From Mizuhopecten yessoensis (taxonomy: Eukaryota): a stretch of 64,000 nucleotides of DNA. The stretch covers positions 1 to 64,000 of the forward strand of contig NW_018407282.1 in the NCBI RefSeq assembly GCF_002113885.1, read 5' to 3'. Shown here piece after piece: positions 13,662 through 29,700 of the stretch; positions within the stretch are counted from its first letter, which is position 1, and every line of letters begins with the position of its first letter. The notes under the pieces were generated by a model. The model was not told the DNA's origin, searched no databases, and saw only the letters and a program-made list of their open reading frames with translations. Made by a program: the position numbers and the translations under genes.

Positions 13662-14713
13662 TACTCAGTCGTCTACACTTTCTATGAAGTTGCAAAGGTG
13701 TAATTATTAACCGTTGGAATCCGTCATCCTTCTGAGCCGCGATTTTCGGTAACAATCCACGCGAAAATTTTGATTAGCAATATCATAACGCCATTCTGTT
13801 TGATTGTTCAACAACTTAAAACACAACAAAAGTTATTCTGATTTGCTTAAATTAATTAATAAAAATTATCACAGACATCCTTATTTATGAATATTTTTGA
13901 AAGATTGTTACATGCAAAAACATTATAAAAACAAGTAACTGAACATTACCAGTATATTTGGCACATTTTGAGAATTCGACAGCAATAATCAATCAATAAA
14001 CTTATGAAATTATATAAGTGACTACCTAGCATAGAGTAAGAATATACATAAAAATGTTCCTTTCTTAAATATACATGATATATATATGAACTTATGATTA
14101 AATATATTTAATTAAATATTCTTTATATTGTATACAACACGATAGGTAACTTTGGTGTATAAGGTTAATTTATAAGGAATGTTAATGAATATATCATAAT
14201 TAAAGAAAAAACATATTTGTATAATTCATCACATCGATCAGTGGGATCGATAACTTTCAGTTGATCGAGGGAATTCTTGTTACGACAAATACATCCCTTT
14301 CAAAGAGTTTCTCCAATAAAAAAACTTCCGGCAGCAAACAAAAGTTTTTTTAGTTGAATGTCTTTTTATTAAATTAACTGGTCCTTGTGTCTGTTTATAT
14401 TACACCAAACAACACGACTCCATTGCCGATTTTTTTATTTTTCGTTTGTGCCTAACGAAGAAAATTCTGGGATTTCCATTTCAGTTGTCCTATGCATCAA
14501 CTGTGACACTTGGCGATCCTTATCGAAAGCTGTAAATTAAACAACGGATAAATTTAGTTAATATTCAACCAACACACCGTGCTCCTTTAAAACGAATTGA
14601 TATGCCAAAGTGTTTTTATATGAAGTTAACGTTTTGAAAATCAGATATTGATAATATATTTCAACGTAATATGCATCAAATTCATCAGACACTACTGTTT
14701 TAAATATCTGCGT

Positions 14714-17700
14714 TCATCTGTCATACAAACCTTCGGTACCTATAAAATCATCGTCGTCTTTCGGAGCAGCCTTTCGCTTCTTCTTCTTCTTCTTTTTTAA
14801 TGACGACCTGAATAGGAAAAGTTGACTTTTTCTGTGAAAAGGTATAATATGACCATTTTAGAAACTTTTGATGGCAGTTTGGAAATCCTATTTAATTAGA
14901 ATGACATTAATAGTATAAACTAATGAAACAACAGGCTATCAAAAATATTTGATTCACAAATTTTGAACTTGTTTATTCGATTTTTACACTTCTTAATCAA
15001 AGTCAATCACTCTTTTATCGAGTGGTCATATAAAGACAAACAATCATACAAGAGCTTAGACTTATTTTCTCCCACGACTACAAATGTCCTCCCTATCAAC
15101 TCATTGGATGAGCCAGCTCGGAGAAGGTAAACATTTTTGGTCACCGACTAGTGGGTTAAAACTTGGGCGCTATTGCATTGGTCAATATTCTAATAATGAC
15201 GACAAGTGACAAAGCTTTGCGACGTTATCTTGAGTTATGACGTCATAACTCATTAAATTTGTTTCCCGGATCCGAAGCAAGAATAAAATAAATCTAAGAG
15301 AAAGAGACGGTTTTCAGAAATATTTTGAAGGTTATGAAAGAAAGACGTACCCAAATGTGTGATGGTTGGTTATTTTATCTGCTTACATTATCTTGAGTTA
15401 GTTTATTTTCAAATTGTAAAAGACACCCAATAAACCGCGTGTTTTTATACAATTTGAAACTTGACTAACTCGAGTTAGATAAAACTTATTACCAACACTC
15501 ACTCGATGAAGAACCTCTATGTCTCTGTTAACAATAACAAAGTGAGGATCGGGCGAGGTATTATGACAAAATCTGAGTTGCAGGAACTTAAAATTGTGAC
15601 AAAACAATTGTTGCAGTTTTTATTCAGAATACCTTGATATTGACAACTCAGTTGTAGACCGGTCAGCAGCATCTAAAAAGAAAACGCAAAGATTTTCAAT
15701 ATTTCATCACTGTTAACGTAATACTATTCATAAAAAGACAACAAATTTATCAGTTATTACAACAATAGCAACAAAGCATGGCTTTGTGTGAGTTATTCAA
15801 TACATGCTTGTTATTCGAAATAACAACGATCAACTTTGCACCATATCGACACATCATAAGAATAAAGATGTATTCATTTACGTGTGATCGGTGTTATGAG
15901 AGGTGAAACAATGACCGTCAAGAGATAAAACATTGTACCTCCGTTGCAAGGATGTCCTGGTGGATGGCTAGACGATTGTAACGTTAAAATGATTTCCTTT
16001 ATCTCGGCTATATCGTTTTCAATTTTGTTGAGATCACGATCTATTCTTTCCACAAGAACGTCTTCGTTTTGTTTTTGGACTCTTGTTATTTCCTACGAAA
16101 TAAAATAAAATTATACAAAGTAATTATTTGATAGAAAATGATAATGGCATACACCATATTGAAGTTAAACAAAAATGATTTGTCGATCTGTCTCATAACC
16201 GCAAACAAAAGATTCATAATAAACATTTATACGAATATGTCATAGATGTAACTGACCAAGTTAAAGCTCCGAGCTTTGCAAAGTAACTTTCGTTGAAGTT
16301 TGATATTAGTATCACTGTTGAGTATTACAGTAACAATTCGTTAAGCTTGAGATAATAATAATAAATAATTCGATGTTCTTATATACCGCTTCATCACAAC
16401 CTAGTTCGTAGGTCGTCTTAAAGCGGTTCACAAATTATTATCCATGGTAATAGGGCCTTTGCAACCAGCCAATATCTTTCTTAACTCCCTGAGGAACATA
16501 CGGCCGGTGCTGCCATTTTGACACTCACAGCTAGCATTCAACAATTCTAGCACTGCTCAAACACGTACTTATTTACAGCTGAGTAGATTGGAACAAGCGG
16601 AGTAAAGTATCTTGTTAAAATATATAACACAGTGCCGTAACGTGACTCGAATCCACAACTCTTCAGTCACGAGCCCGGCGTCCTACCACTAGACTACTGT
16701 GCCTCACTGCGATACATCAGAGTACTGTTATATGGTTTACCCGAAGCTGTATAACGGCAGTCTGCAATTCACTTCCATCTGTTTGATCATCAACATCATC
16801 GTCGTCGTAGGCCTGTATAAGAGGATTACAGCTCACTCTCATGTCGTCCAAAAACTGTTTCCGGTTCCTCTTCCTGAGAAGGTCCCAGTACACCAAACAC
16901 ACTATGGCCTTCTGCATCCGGGCTATACTATGGGCGTTGTCATACACTCTGTCGTTCAAACACAGATATAACATTGATGATATTATTTAAAACAAGACGA
17001 AATAGATTTTTAAACAAGATCGTCAAATTTCAGACGAAATATGCATGATTGATTATGCATATGATTATTTGAGTAAGAATATGTCACAATCCGACACGAT
17101 AGATTTACATAAATATTACGGACGAATATCCGTACAAAACATTAACTTTCCATTCCATGCAGTTACCTTTGAAATGAATCTGTGAGGAGAGCGATGAAGA
17201 GGTTTAGGCAAACAATGGCGGACACTGCCAACCATGTCCCTATTAGGAGGTCAGCCATAAAAGGGTCTACTAACTTCATTGTCTGAAAAATAAAAGTTAA
17301 CCTTTCTTGTCATAAAAAATCATATCAAAGCAAAGATATTTTTCCGTGACGTTTTATCAATTAGGTGTAGTTGGTGTCCATATTCGCGGAGTTTATAAAG
17401 TATTTTAATGATTGCCCCAGTGAATATTTACTTAATTCATTTTAGCAATTTCTTATTGACAAATCAAAAGGATTTGACAGCACCACACTATGCCTATTTT
17501 AGTCCTTTTCCTAGCTTCATATACATATTCGTGTACACACGCATTGAAAAAAAATAAAGATATAGTAAGGCAAGGGGAGAAACTCCCAAAGAATATTTAT
17601 TTTAAAACTACACACATGAATTGATAATTAAGGATCCGTCAAACAACCGGAGATTTTGTTCATAGATTTATATTTTTGTGCGAAATAGAAAGGCTGAGCT

Positions 17701-20700
17701 AGCAAACTTTTAAATAACACAGAAAAAAATAAAATAAATAAATTGCCAAGTCTCACTAAAGGCAATAATTACCAGATTTCTTTTACTTACTTGATAGTCA
17801 TAGTCATCAACCAAAGTGATCCTAAAAAGACTGAAGAAGACATCGCCGAAACTAGCAAGACCTTCGACGATGAGGTACTCAGCCGTATTGTTGTCTGCAT
17901 TTCGTGTGTCATACGTCACTTTCTCGCCGCCAAATATCATCCAATAGGCGCACACTGAAAATTGATTATTATGATTAATAGTAATTCCCACCATAGGATT
18001 CACATAAATCTATTCTTTCATCTCCTTCACACCAAATACCACCCCAGGAAGTATCGCTTAAAGAACGTTGAAATATACTGCTGAATTATTATNCACATAA
18101 ATCTATTCTTTCATCTCCTTCACACCAAATACCACCCCAGGAAGTATCGCTTAAAGAACGTTGAAATATACTGCTGAATTATTATTATCCCTCCAAATTT
18201 CAGATTAACATTCAGCTGATTCTCATCCCCGTCACCCTTACAATATTACCAATGTTGGCATATATCTATACGAAATCACATTGAACTTCATTCCGCCAAA
18301 GATCGTCAAAAACAAAATTTAAGTTATTTTCTTATTTACCCCTCTTCAACAACCAGTAAGTGTTTATGTGTGACGTTTCGGTGACTAGCACGGTACGTAC
18401 CCTGGATTCACAGACTCTCGCAAATCTGTGATCAGGTATAAAACAAAGCGTAGCCGAATCGAATTGTCGTTTTGATTCGTCGTTTCGCACATGTAAAGCA
18501 ACGACATGTACATTCGAAAATGGCGTATCCGAATCGACGTCGATTTTAGATTGCCTACTCGTTTATATGTATTACACCTTTGTGCTTCACTGGTCGTGAT
18601 CATTTGCCTGATGAAGGAGACGAGGTACGTCCCATTCTAGTGATCGAAACGTCTCACAAAAATACACTTACTGGTTGTGATACATAACCTTTCTACAATT
18701 CATACTAAACAACCTGAGGAAAATGTTTAGAAAGAAACTCTTCATATGACATTCAATTACATTAATCAGAATGAGAATATAATTTACAAGATATGCAGAC
18801 AATGTAAATGTATAGAAGTATGTACAAGTTTATAAATTAATTGGCATTTAGATTACCATATGGGAGATAAAACTGTAGGTAAAGGCATGCAAACAGGATG
18901 AAATCCTCAATCATGTTCCCCAGGATCACAATCAATGGTCCTACAATACAAAAATATCAGACTTTAAAACATAAATTGTGGCGTTTATCTTTAGGTTTGA
19001 TCAATAGATGATGTAAAACGAGCATTTGATTATTAATTGCCCCTACGAATGAAAACTTGATTGAAATAACTTATTATAGAATTTAGATTCCTATTCAAGT
19101 TCCGTTTATCCCCGTCTGTTTGCGATAAAATATCTTACCGACCTTTGTGACTGACCTTCCATATTTCGTCAGTTTCTCGTTATTTTTAATCGGGTAAATG
19201 TTATTCTATAGATGTGTACGTTTCATTAACACTTCATTCAATGAATTTGTCACTGCTTTCAATGCACACTTTACGGATTGTTACTTTTCAATAAACTGAG
19301 TCATATTTATCACCGTATATTATTGTTAAGCTCTCTACCGGACATAGAACACTTGCGAAATAGTAATCATTGAGATTGAAATGGTGATACTGTGACACTT
19401 ATATCATATAAACAGTTCAGACTAATAATCACTTTATGTGACAATCTGCAAACAATTACACGTGCAAAAGCATTTTGTGCAAGTAAAATATATATATTGT
19501 CTTACGTAGATTTCTTTTTTACAAATAGTGTTTATTCTAAACTGTTTCCGATAAAGATATCTTACCAAGCTGCTTGAAGGACCTTGCACATTTCGCCAGT
19601 CGTAACCAGAGGAGAATAAGCGTGACAGACATGAAGTTGATGTGGAACCTGGCTGTCCCCTCGGTGTGCCTGATGACGTCAGCCAGGTGAGAGACAATGC
19701 AAATTCCAAGACATCCATAGCAAACCCAGTCAAATACGTTCCTGAGTAAAATGTTCAGTATTAGTACATAGAACTATAGTATAACGTCAAATACGTAATC
19801 AGGAAAAGATGTTTTATAATCACATAAAACACAGCTAACAGATATAAAGAATACATGAATTTCATACTGCATGCATAGTAGTATAATTCAACACAGAGAT
19901 AAATGGCATGGTTCTACTACACGACTGCGAAAACAGAAATCTGCAAAAACAAGAATCAGCACAGGATAAAATTGTTATCTTACAATATAAAAATGGAACA
20001 TATATGTGATATGAAAACAACAAGGGAAAGAAGAAATAAAAACATCATGACTCTCAATGTGTTTCCTGCACAAACCGGTATATGTATATTTTTTTAAGTG
20101 GAACAGAAAAAGGCGCCATGAAACAATGCAAACTACAAAATTTATTGAAGTATATTTCTTTTATCCAAGATTGTTTGGTTTGGTTTGGTTTTTGTTTGTT
20201 TAATGTCCTTTTAACAGCTAATGTCATATTAGGACATGCATCCATGTATGCTGGTATTCGTGCATATGTGTACATTGTATGTGTATCGGAGGCAGTGTAT
20301 ATTTGAGTAATTGCCTCTTTCTGATAGCGTGGACCTGATACTGACTGTATAGTGTTATCTCATTGAAACATTTAGTGAACGGATATAATTCATAACATAC
20401 TTACCAAAAGTCTTTGAAGTATCTCGGAATTTGTTTATCAAGCTCGTGTAACTCATCTTTTAAATACTGTATGTCTGAAGTATCATTGTAGTGCTTCATG
20501 TCTGCGTGTATTTCAGCCGTTCTGAATTTCTTCCATTCCTGAAATTATAAAGTAAAAAGATACAGACAGAGAACAAAAAACACCTTCCATGAATTTATTC
20601 ATAAAAGGTAAATTTCATATATAAATCTGTCAAAAATGAGTCCGAATTGCCTTTAATTTCAAGTTCTTCAGGATAAACTAGTTTCAAGTAATTATCGAAA

Positions 20701-23700
20701 TCAAGATGATTTATGGAATGACAATGATCTGATATATTTTCTTCATCAATTTTCTTTGTTCCGTGTCATTCTTAAAATTTAAATATTTATGATGATTGGT
20801 AATTATTTTCATGGTTCTGTGCATAGCGAAAATAATAAATTGTCTATGGCAAGTTGTGCACGTACGTACCCGAGCATCTGTAAGGGTATGCAAATGCAAT
20901 TTCAAAGTCAGTCTCTACCTTTACGTCATCTAGTGCAGTCACTATTATTTGTTTCGTAAAAAGGTTCCAATTTTGGCCAAGCCAGTCCGACAAAGGAAAA
21001 TAATTGCTTTTTCGAATGTTAACTTCGAATACGAAGTGGGCAGAAGACTACATCATCCCGTAGGGTGGTGCACGGTGGGAAACAATTTGTTCTTACGTAA
21101 TTTTTGGTGATTGAGCGACGATATTCTAGGATTTCTTCCATCATCTCCCATATGGTGATTCCGATACCGATGACCTAATATGACAAAATCATTCCTATCA
21201 AATGTTGGTCATCACCGTTATAAAGGACAAACGTAATCAAGTTTATTAAAATATTGTGTTCCCGAAATTCATAATTTTATATTTAAGCACAATGTGAGCA
21301 TCAAAGGAAGAGAGTAATAGATTTACAGCAGCTTGTTCCGGTGCTACACAAGGCTCTTGTGAAAATATTGCAATTTAAATCATTTCAATTGATGAAGATA
21401 TTGGTTGAGTAATATATCTTTTACCTGCCTGTTACTTTACTATAAAATGGTGACTTGAAGCCATTTCATTTAAGAAATAACAAACTCGTTGTTTGTTCTC
21501 GGTTCAAATTTTCATACCAAATGGAAAACATTGTAATAAGAACATTTTTGGGGGAAAAAATTAGAGTATCTTAAACTATTACTACAAAAAAAAAACTATT
21601 TACTCTGTAAACTTACTCCGAGCACGATTCTCCACCATTGGTTAGGCAGGTCGTAGTAGTGCTTTTGGTCATAGGAAACAAGCACTCCAATCAGTGACCA
21701 GACAATAACATAAAAAATGTTGAACAGGAACCATAGAAAGGCTCGTCTCCTGAATAACGTAAGTCGCAAACATGTTCATCTAAAGAGTGGTAAAATAATA
21801 TTTTTCATATATCTACAAAAAGTGTTGGCAAACTTCCGAATTGTTAATTTATATCACTCAATGCACAAATCACTGACCTCGTATGTCAAAGGACTGAGAA
21901 AATATATTGTATTCATAAGTTTACAAATCACGGAAATATTAAGTCAAAGAGGGTGTAAATATATATGCTTCTTAATGAAAAGGGGTCACTTGCGCAAAGT
22001 CTGGTTAGCTTAGCGACAACAACAAAAAATTAAATCATCATATTTTCATTGAATTTCAAAACCAAAGGTGTACACATGAGGATTCGAAATATTTATCCAA
22101 AGACAACAAATACCAAAATTGTATGCGAGAATGATTCATTAAGCTTACCAAGCAATGAACAAACGGACCGAGATGTCAAACCACAGGGTGAGTGATATAT
22201 ATATTAATTCACTGTTGGAATTACTTATTTGCCCCATATTAATTCATTGTTATACACAGCACAGAGTTGGTTAATCACTGATTTCGTAAAAGTTATTTAT
22301 CATTAATTTACATATCACAGAACATTTAAGTCACAGCATGGTTTGTTGATTGCGTACTCTTTTATGTACAAATAGTAGGGTCGGTAAATTGTACGGCTCA
22401 TTCATGTGTCATAGTGATATTATTTTTTACTGTAGATGAACAAATGACATAGGGTACATAGAATTCCAAAACTCACTCGACTAAAATAAATCAATATTAG
22501 TCCTGAACATCCCACAACATGAACATGGTTGGCATTCGGGTTAACTGTTATTATTATCTTATGTCATGATTTTATATTTATAAGACTTAACCAGATGCAG
22601 ACTCGAAATAGTCGAAAACGGACAGCTATTAAACCATAATCAAATGACCAATGCTTTATGCCATAGTAAAATCAATTAACACCCATTTAAGCACAAGTAA
22701 TTAGCCGTATTGCAGTGTTACTGATATAAAACCTGGATGAAATATTACCTGATGAGACACCACTCTTTGTACTGTTAATAACAAAACACTATGTTTGCAC
22801 ACACGATGATTTCGTAAATACGACTGTTACTTTGCGTATCGTTCCCACATGTGGTCGATCATGGTTGAGAAGACACGATGAGATAGAAGGTTGAAGTGTT
22901 GTTTGTTGACAGCAACTTGGAGCTTGAATAGAAAGAAATCACATCACCTTTATGTACATTGAATACGTATAAACATAATATCACTCTGTTACAAGGAATG
23001 GCCTTTCCATTGAATCAAATTTAATTCTGGTACGTCACTATTTGGATATATTTTTACGAGTTAAAAGAAAACCTAAGCACTTCCAAAGAATGAAAACGAT
23101 AATAGATGTAATAACTTTGAACTTCTCTTTCGGGATGTTTCATTTAATGTCACCAAACTTACAGGCAAATCAATAGAGTCCTCTTTATTGTTATCTGCAA
23201 AACAAAAATAGGAAAAATTATGATAACAATTCATTTTGAATTGACTGAAAAAATTTAATTGACCAAAACCTAGTTTGCAAATAAACAAAAACGACTGATG
23301 ATCAAAAACATGCTTAGAATAAATTTCCCAGGTAGAACAATAGAAAGACACACGAGTCCAACATAACCTCATGTATGATCCGCTCACCTGCCATTAGTTG
23401 GTAGAGGTAGAAGCTCTGGCTTCGATTTTTGCGGTCAGTGGTATGGTAAGCATCTAATGCGTCGTAAGCCTGCAATTTGTCATTTTACAGACAGATTAAT
23501 TTAATTATATCATGTCAATAAGCTAAATGTATATTGTGAGAAAAAAAAATACTTTCTTTTTTCAATTTAATAGGAAAAATCGAGACCCGTGAGCGGTTAC
23601 GTCCCGGCAAACAAGAGTGATTAATATAAGTTGAAATAATTGTTTCATAATTGCTATAAAACAATAAGTTTATACTTTATAAAGTAATAAATAGAGAATT

Positions 23701-26700
23701 TAAAGATACCATTATTTGCATAAAGTAAGCAAAATAATTAGCATCGACTGAATGGAAAATATGCAATGTTCCTTTACGGATATAACATTGTACCACAGCA
23801 GGCATATTGATGATCATCCAGCCAATAGTTCCGTATCCTGCCACATTGTTCCGGTTCATCCACGCACGCGCACCTCTCCTCATTAGTAAACGCGTGGTAA
23901 AACTTCTGTCTGAAATTCAAACAGTTGTTGAATGATCGATTAAATGTCGCCTACCTCTTTTAATGTAAAAGAGGATTATTTGCATGTTAAACAAATCCTA
24001 CTTTGACAAATTGATCAATTTATTCTTTTAGATTGAATATTTCTTTGTGCTATTGGCATGTCTGTCAGTATGTTTACATGTGCTTAGTTTTTATCGTATG
24101 ACAATTTCGATTTTCTCATCTCACATACAGTGAAATCCCTAATTTTCGTGTTGTTGTTTTATGTTGATTTTGGGGATTTCGGGGTACTCGTTATTCACAA
24201 ATTCATGTACCCATAAAATGGAGTTTTGTCTGGAAACCAAGAAATTTGGGCCCTGCGAAAACATCTGAATTCACAGTATTTCATGCCATTTTCTGTTTCA
24301 TGTAATGTAGATCAGATACCGAAGGAGTACATCAGTGTTTCTAATCTAGTATTAATGATAGCATAAAGTGTTCTAGGGTGATTATTCGCGTTTAAGTCAA
24401 TGAGACAGTATTGACCATATCACGTATCATGAAGGGCAGGGACAGCGGATAACCATGTTTTAGTTATATCCAGTGCGTCGTGTTGATGTTCCTGTTATGT
24501 AGGGATTACTTAATGGCGCACCTGATGAGGAGCCAAGTAGTTCCATAGTTTATTAAGCAATATGAGACCTACATGGTCGCAACAGAAGGCAATAATAATA
24601 TTAGTACATAAGATCAGTTTATGACTCCATTTATTAACTTACAAATAATATATGAATGAAAAACAATTGTTTGATGACGCCTGCGCATGGTGCCCAAGCA
24701 CCAGAAATGTGATAGTTTCCTGGACTTAAAGTGTTTCGTCGGGTAAAATCACTTAATATTCCACCTGTATTTATCAACAACCAGCGTTTTATCATGTAGT
24801 TTATAACATATTATCCCTTCTCTTCCGGTTATCATGTTAATCCCAGGACTTGATGCTTATAATCAAGATTATGCCAACATTGAAGAGTACCGCAAGCAGT
24901 CCTCAAGTACGTACCTTGTTCGGCGGCTAATTGTATTGGATATCTGCCCTTGTAATCCTGTATATCGTCGAACTGACAGTCATGATCTATGAGACAATCA
25001 AGCGCATCACAGCAGTTATATTTGGCAGCATAGAACAGGGCCGTCTGCTGGTCTCCTGTCGTTCTCGCCTCTTTGTTTGCTGTTAGTTACCAAATTAAAT
25101 CCCGTTCAATTGAATTAATTTGGATGCTATGTTTTTTATTGTTTTAGTGATCGTATAGACATAACTAATATTTAAAAATACAATCTCCCTATTACTAAAT
25201 TTAACTACTGTAATAATGAGATATGCACTTTTTACAGCCTTTCATTCTAGGTTTCTCTCAAACTTATACGCATACCAATTATAGGTCTCTTTAACATCCT
25301 TAATCTGCTAGGAATTGGTAACAGTTTCTGATCACCCACAGTGAACTTTTGTGTCATTGGTTAATCTTTTAATCAATAGGCACCTTAAAAATGATTTGCG
25401 TCGTCAACTGCCATTGTGACGTCATAATCCATAAAATTTGTTTCCTTGATCGGAAATAATAATCATGCATCTTGTAAACCTCCTATCTTTTACAATTAGA
25501 AAATTTACCAACTCGAGCTAGATAAGTATGTTACCAACAAAAACTCATTGGAGAACTTTTTTTCTTCTTACCAGACAGTGTTGTAAATATGAATTGTATT
25601 GTAAGTGTATAAGCAAAACTGTTCCAATATTCCAGCCGTCTCACAATCCCACCAATTTTACTAGAAATGAAGGAGGCTGAATTATCGAGGTACCAATATA
25701 TTTCAAATTGTATAATTTCTGATGTTTTCAATTTAGAGCCAGCACATAAAATAACCCCATAAGTTATTTGTATTATATCATTTAAATTCATGAATACATA
25801 ATAAAATCAAGTACCCACCTCCGTGTCTGATGAGGAGGGACACCATGTCTGTGTAGTTGTTAGCAGCAGCTACATGTAGAGGTGTACGGCCATTGATATC
25901 GCCTGTGTTGACGTCAGCGTTATGTTTCAGAAGGAATAAAGTGACATCCACGTGCCATTTCCTTGCAGCCTGAAAGATGAAATAATGATGAAGCTGATCA
26001 CGAAACTAAAATTATCATGAAAAAATCGGTAAGAGAAAATGAAAGTTTCAAAATTGATTTAGCTGATAATCAAACTGAAAATTGAATGAAAAAATTGGAC
26101 AGAGAAAATGAAAAATCAAAAATTAATAAACTGATCACGACACTAAAAATCTCATGAGGGAAAATTGATAAAAAGGTTATAACTTTTTCCATTTTCCACC
26201 TTTAAACCGGTTGAAATTAAACATTGTCAAATGTAGCATCATGTTTCAAAGGAGTAAGCTTGCTGACAGTAAGTACCTTGTGCAGGACTGTTTCCCCTTG
26301 GGAGTCCAGAACATTCACATCGGTGCCCGAATGTAGTAATGTATCTGCTACCTGTAGATCTATTTCAGTACATTGATCAGAACTCCCAACTTCTTCACAT
26401 TTCAGAAACAGTTGATGTAATTGAGAAACATAACGGTCATCATACTTCAAGTCATCCACTAGGTTTTCTTTTGCTTCTGGATGCTTTCTGTGGAAATAAT
26501 CAACAAATAAAAAATATTATCTATTTTTCCCACAATCACTATAGGTTTCATCACTACCAATTCGTTAGATAAACCAGCTAGGAGTTGGTAAACATGTTTG
26601 GTTATCCATAAGTGGGTACCACCTTGGACGTTATTTCATTGGTCAAATTTTACATAACAATCCTTTGCGCCAACCGTTTCAATTGTGACATCATGATTCT

Positions 26701-29700
26701 TTTTTCCCCGATCGTAAACAGACATAATCCATTTTCAACGCAATGGAAACATGTCGTTTTCTAGATATAATATGAACATTATTGGTGAAACAGATCCACA
26801 AACTCGTAATGGCAGGTTATCATATTGATAACGCTCTCATTAGTTTATGTTTATATTATAAAAGGGACGCGGTAAACCATCCACATATTACTCGTTTGGG
26901 AACCCCTATATTACAATATAAACTGATACGCATACTTTCTTTCGTGGGATATTACGTCAGTTAAACACAATTTACCATTTTTTATATCACATATAAGTAT
27001 ATATATACTTATTAGATGCATCCAATTTCTTACCGATTATTTCTGATTGGTAGACAACTTGAACATTCGTCAGCGTCCTTGTGGAATTTGGATTGTGTAT
27101 CTTGATCTTGTCAAAAGAAACGCATGGAAGGTTACTAATGGAATAATATAAAGATGATATTATGAGCGTTACAATATATGTACCTGAACAATTATATATT
27201 TATATTTTAAATTTAATAAATTTGTAATAACTTGAGCAAAAAAAATTTAATCAGAAAACGGTAAAAAAAAATGTGTATTAAAATTTCGAAAGTTATAACG
27301 GATTTACAAGAGCATAACAATAGTATGCAATGCACCATTCAATTCAAAACATTTCTATAAGGTCATACTTTTGTATTGTTATAAGTTTTAATGCTATTTT
27401 CACAGTTAGTAGTTCTAAATGACTAATGAAAAAAATTATCATTTTATTTCGTCATAGAACCATTACATTTACCCCTACTTGTCGTCCGTATATTCTTGTG
27501 CCACTGTATTTAATTCTTCGAAATATTTTAATATTAATGGTCAAATGAGAGATTTGTTAATGATATTATAATATAGCAATATTTTAGTGATCAGAATGTC
27601 AAAAGATGTAAATCAATATCATAAAGTCCATATGATTCTATATATACGGATCAGGGCAACATTTAATGTAATACTATATGTTGTAGTCAAAAATATCATG
27701 ATCATTTTCTGATATTGCTTTATTTCTTCATATGTTTCACAAAACTGTATTTTAATTATTTTTTTAATTTTGGTAACACTCATGTATCATAATTGGACAA
27801 AATGAGCATATGGGTGCAGTGAACATTGACTTAGTATTACTTCACGCAGCTTCTTAATTGTTACATAAGTGCCTCATTACCTCGTATTTTTTGGTGAGTA
27901 TAAACTTATATTCACCTGTGCATACGTGAAACAAGGAATCAAAATATTTAATCTTTGAACGTATACAGTGGGAGAAGTGTTATAACCACTTTATCAATTG
28001 TTATTGAACAGGTTAGTCGATTACCATTTATATTTCTTTTGTTCGATTTTGGATGAAAAAAAATAACTTGCAAAATTCAAAAAATGTTTAGTGCCCTTTC
28101 GGCTATTTACAGGCATTAAATCTTTCCTTTCCAAATAATACAACAATAACTTACTCATATATTATTTGGAAAGCTTTAATAAAATGTAAACTTTAATAAA
28201 AATTATCTTTCGAGTCTGACAATGGTATCGGTAAACCCCTTAACCTTTTGTTTTTGCTTTACATGCACTGTGACAGAAAATCAAACATAATATATTTAAA
28301 TTACATTTATCTTAATTTATTGAAATTAGGCAAAGCCTTATGCTTATCAGACCTTCGTTTCTTCATTTGAGATTAATGATCAATATATTTTCATTTGGGC
28401 TGACCGCCTAACCAAAACATGACGGTAAATATGGTCAAACAATATTTACTTACTATATCCTTCCCAGCGTTTGGAGCAATATTTGCTCAAATCACAATGT
28501 GGCTGTCGTAGCGTGTCATCTAAATGGTTGATGGTAGCACTGTAACGTATAAGTATATGTACATAAACTGAAAAACATTCTCCTTGATGAAAGACACGTG
28601 TTGTCGAGAAGTTCCTCATTTATCAGTATAGTGACGGAATGCAATTTATATCACAAAAATTCGGATCAACATACACAGGTGTATATGAAGCACTGTTTTT
28701 ATATATTATATATTATATGTATTATAATAACACTAATATTATTTAACGCAAGTTATTTAAGGAAAGTTTAGAGCTTCTTTTCTAAAAGAAAAACAAGTAT
28801 TACACTTTTCGTATAACAAGAGCGAGTACCAAATTTCAGAGAGTCTCCATCTAACAGTAAAGCGTGAAATCAAACCATCAAATAGACAATGTTCTTGCAA
28901 ATTGCTTACTTGATTAATTTCATTAATATTTCATGAGTGGGTGAATATTTAAATATTTTAATGAGGGTTATTTACAAGTATGTTCTGTTAATGTTATCAA
29001 GACATGGCCATCGTCAACAGATAGTTCATCTACCATCAAAACAAGTATGTTCTGTTAATGTTATCAAGACATGGTCATCGTCAACAGATAGTTCATCTAC
29101 CATCAAAACAAGTATGTTCTGTTAATGTTATCAAGACATGGCCATCGTGAACAGATAGTTCATATCCCATCAAAACAAGTATATTCTGTTAATGTTATCA
29201 AGACATGGTCATCGTGAACAGATAGTTCATCTACCATCAAAACAAGTATGTTCTGTTAATGTTATCAAGACATAGCCATCGTGAACAGATAGTTCATCTC
29301 CAATCAAAACAAGTATATTCTGTTTATGTTATCAAGACATGACCATCGTTAACAGATAGTTCATATCCCATCAAAACAAGTATATTCTGTTTATATTATC
29401 AAGACATGGCCATCGTGAACAGATAGTTCATCTCCCATCAAAACAAGTATATTCTGTTAATGTTATCAAGACATTGCCATCGTCAACAGATAGTTCATAT
29501 CCCATCAAAACAAGTATATTCTGTTAATGTTATCAAGACATGGCCATCCTCAACAGATAGTTCATCTACCATCAAAACAAGTATATTCTGTTAATGTTAT
29601 CAAGACATGGCCATCGTCAACAGATAGTTCATCTTCCATCAAAACAAGTATATTCTGTTTATGTTATCAAGACATGGCCATCGTGAACAGATAGTTCATC

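Noticed and set aside
18001-18185. Exact 92-bp tandem duplication
   Set aside because: The two identical copies are separated by a single N (18093), typical of an unmerged contig overlap rather than biology.
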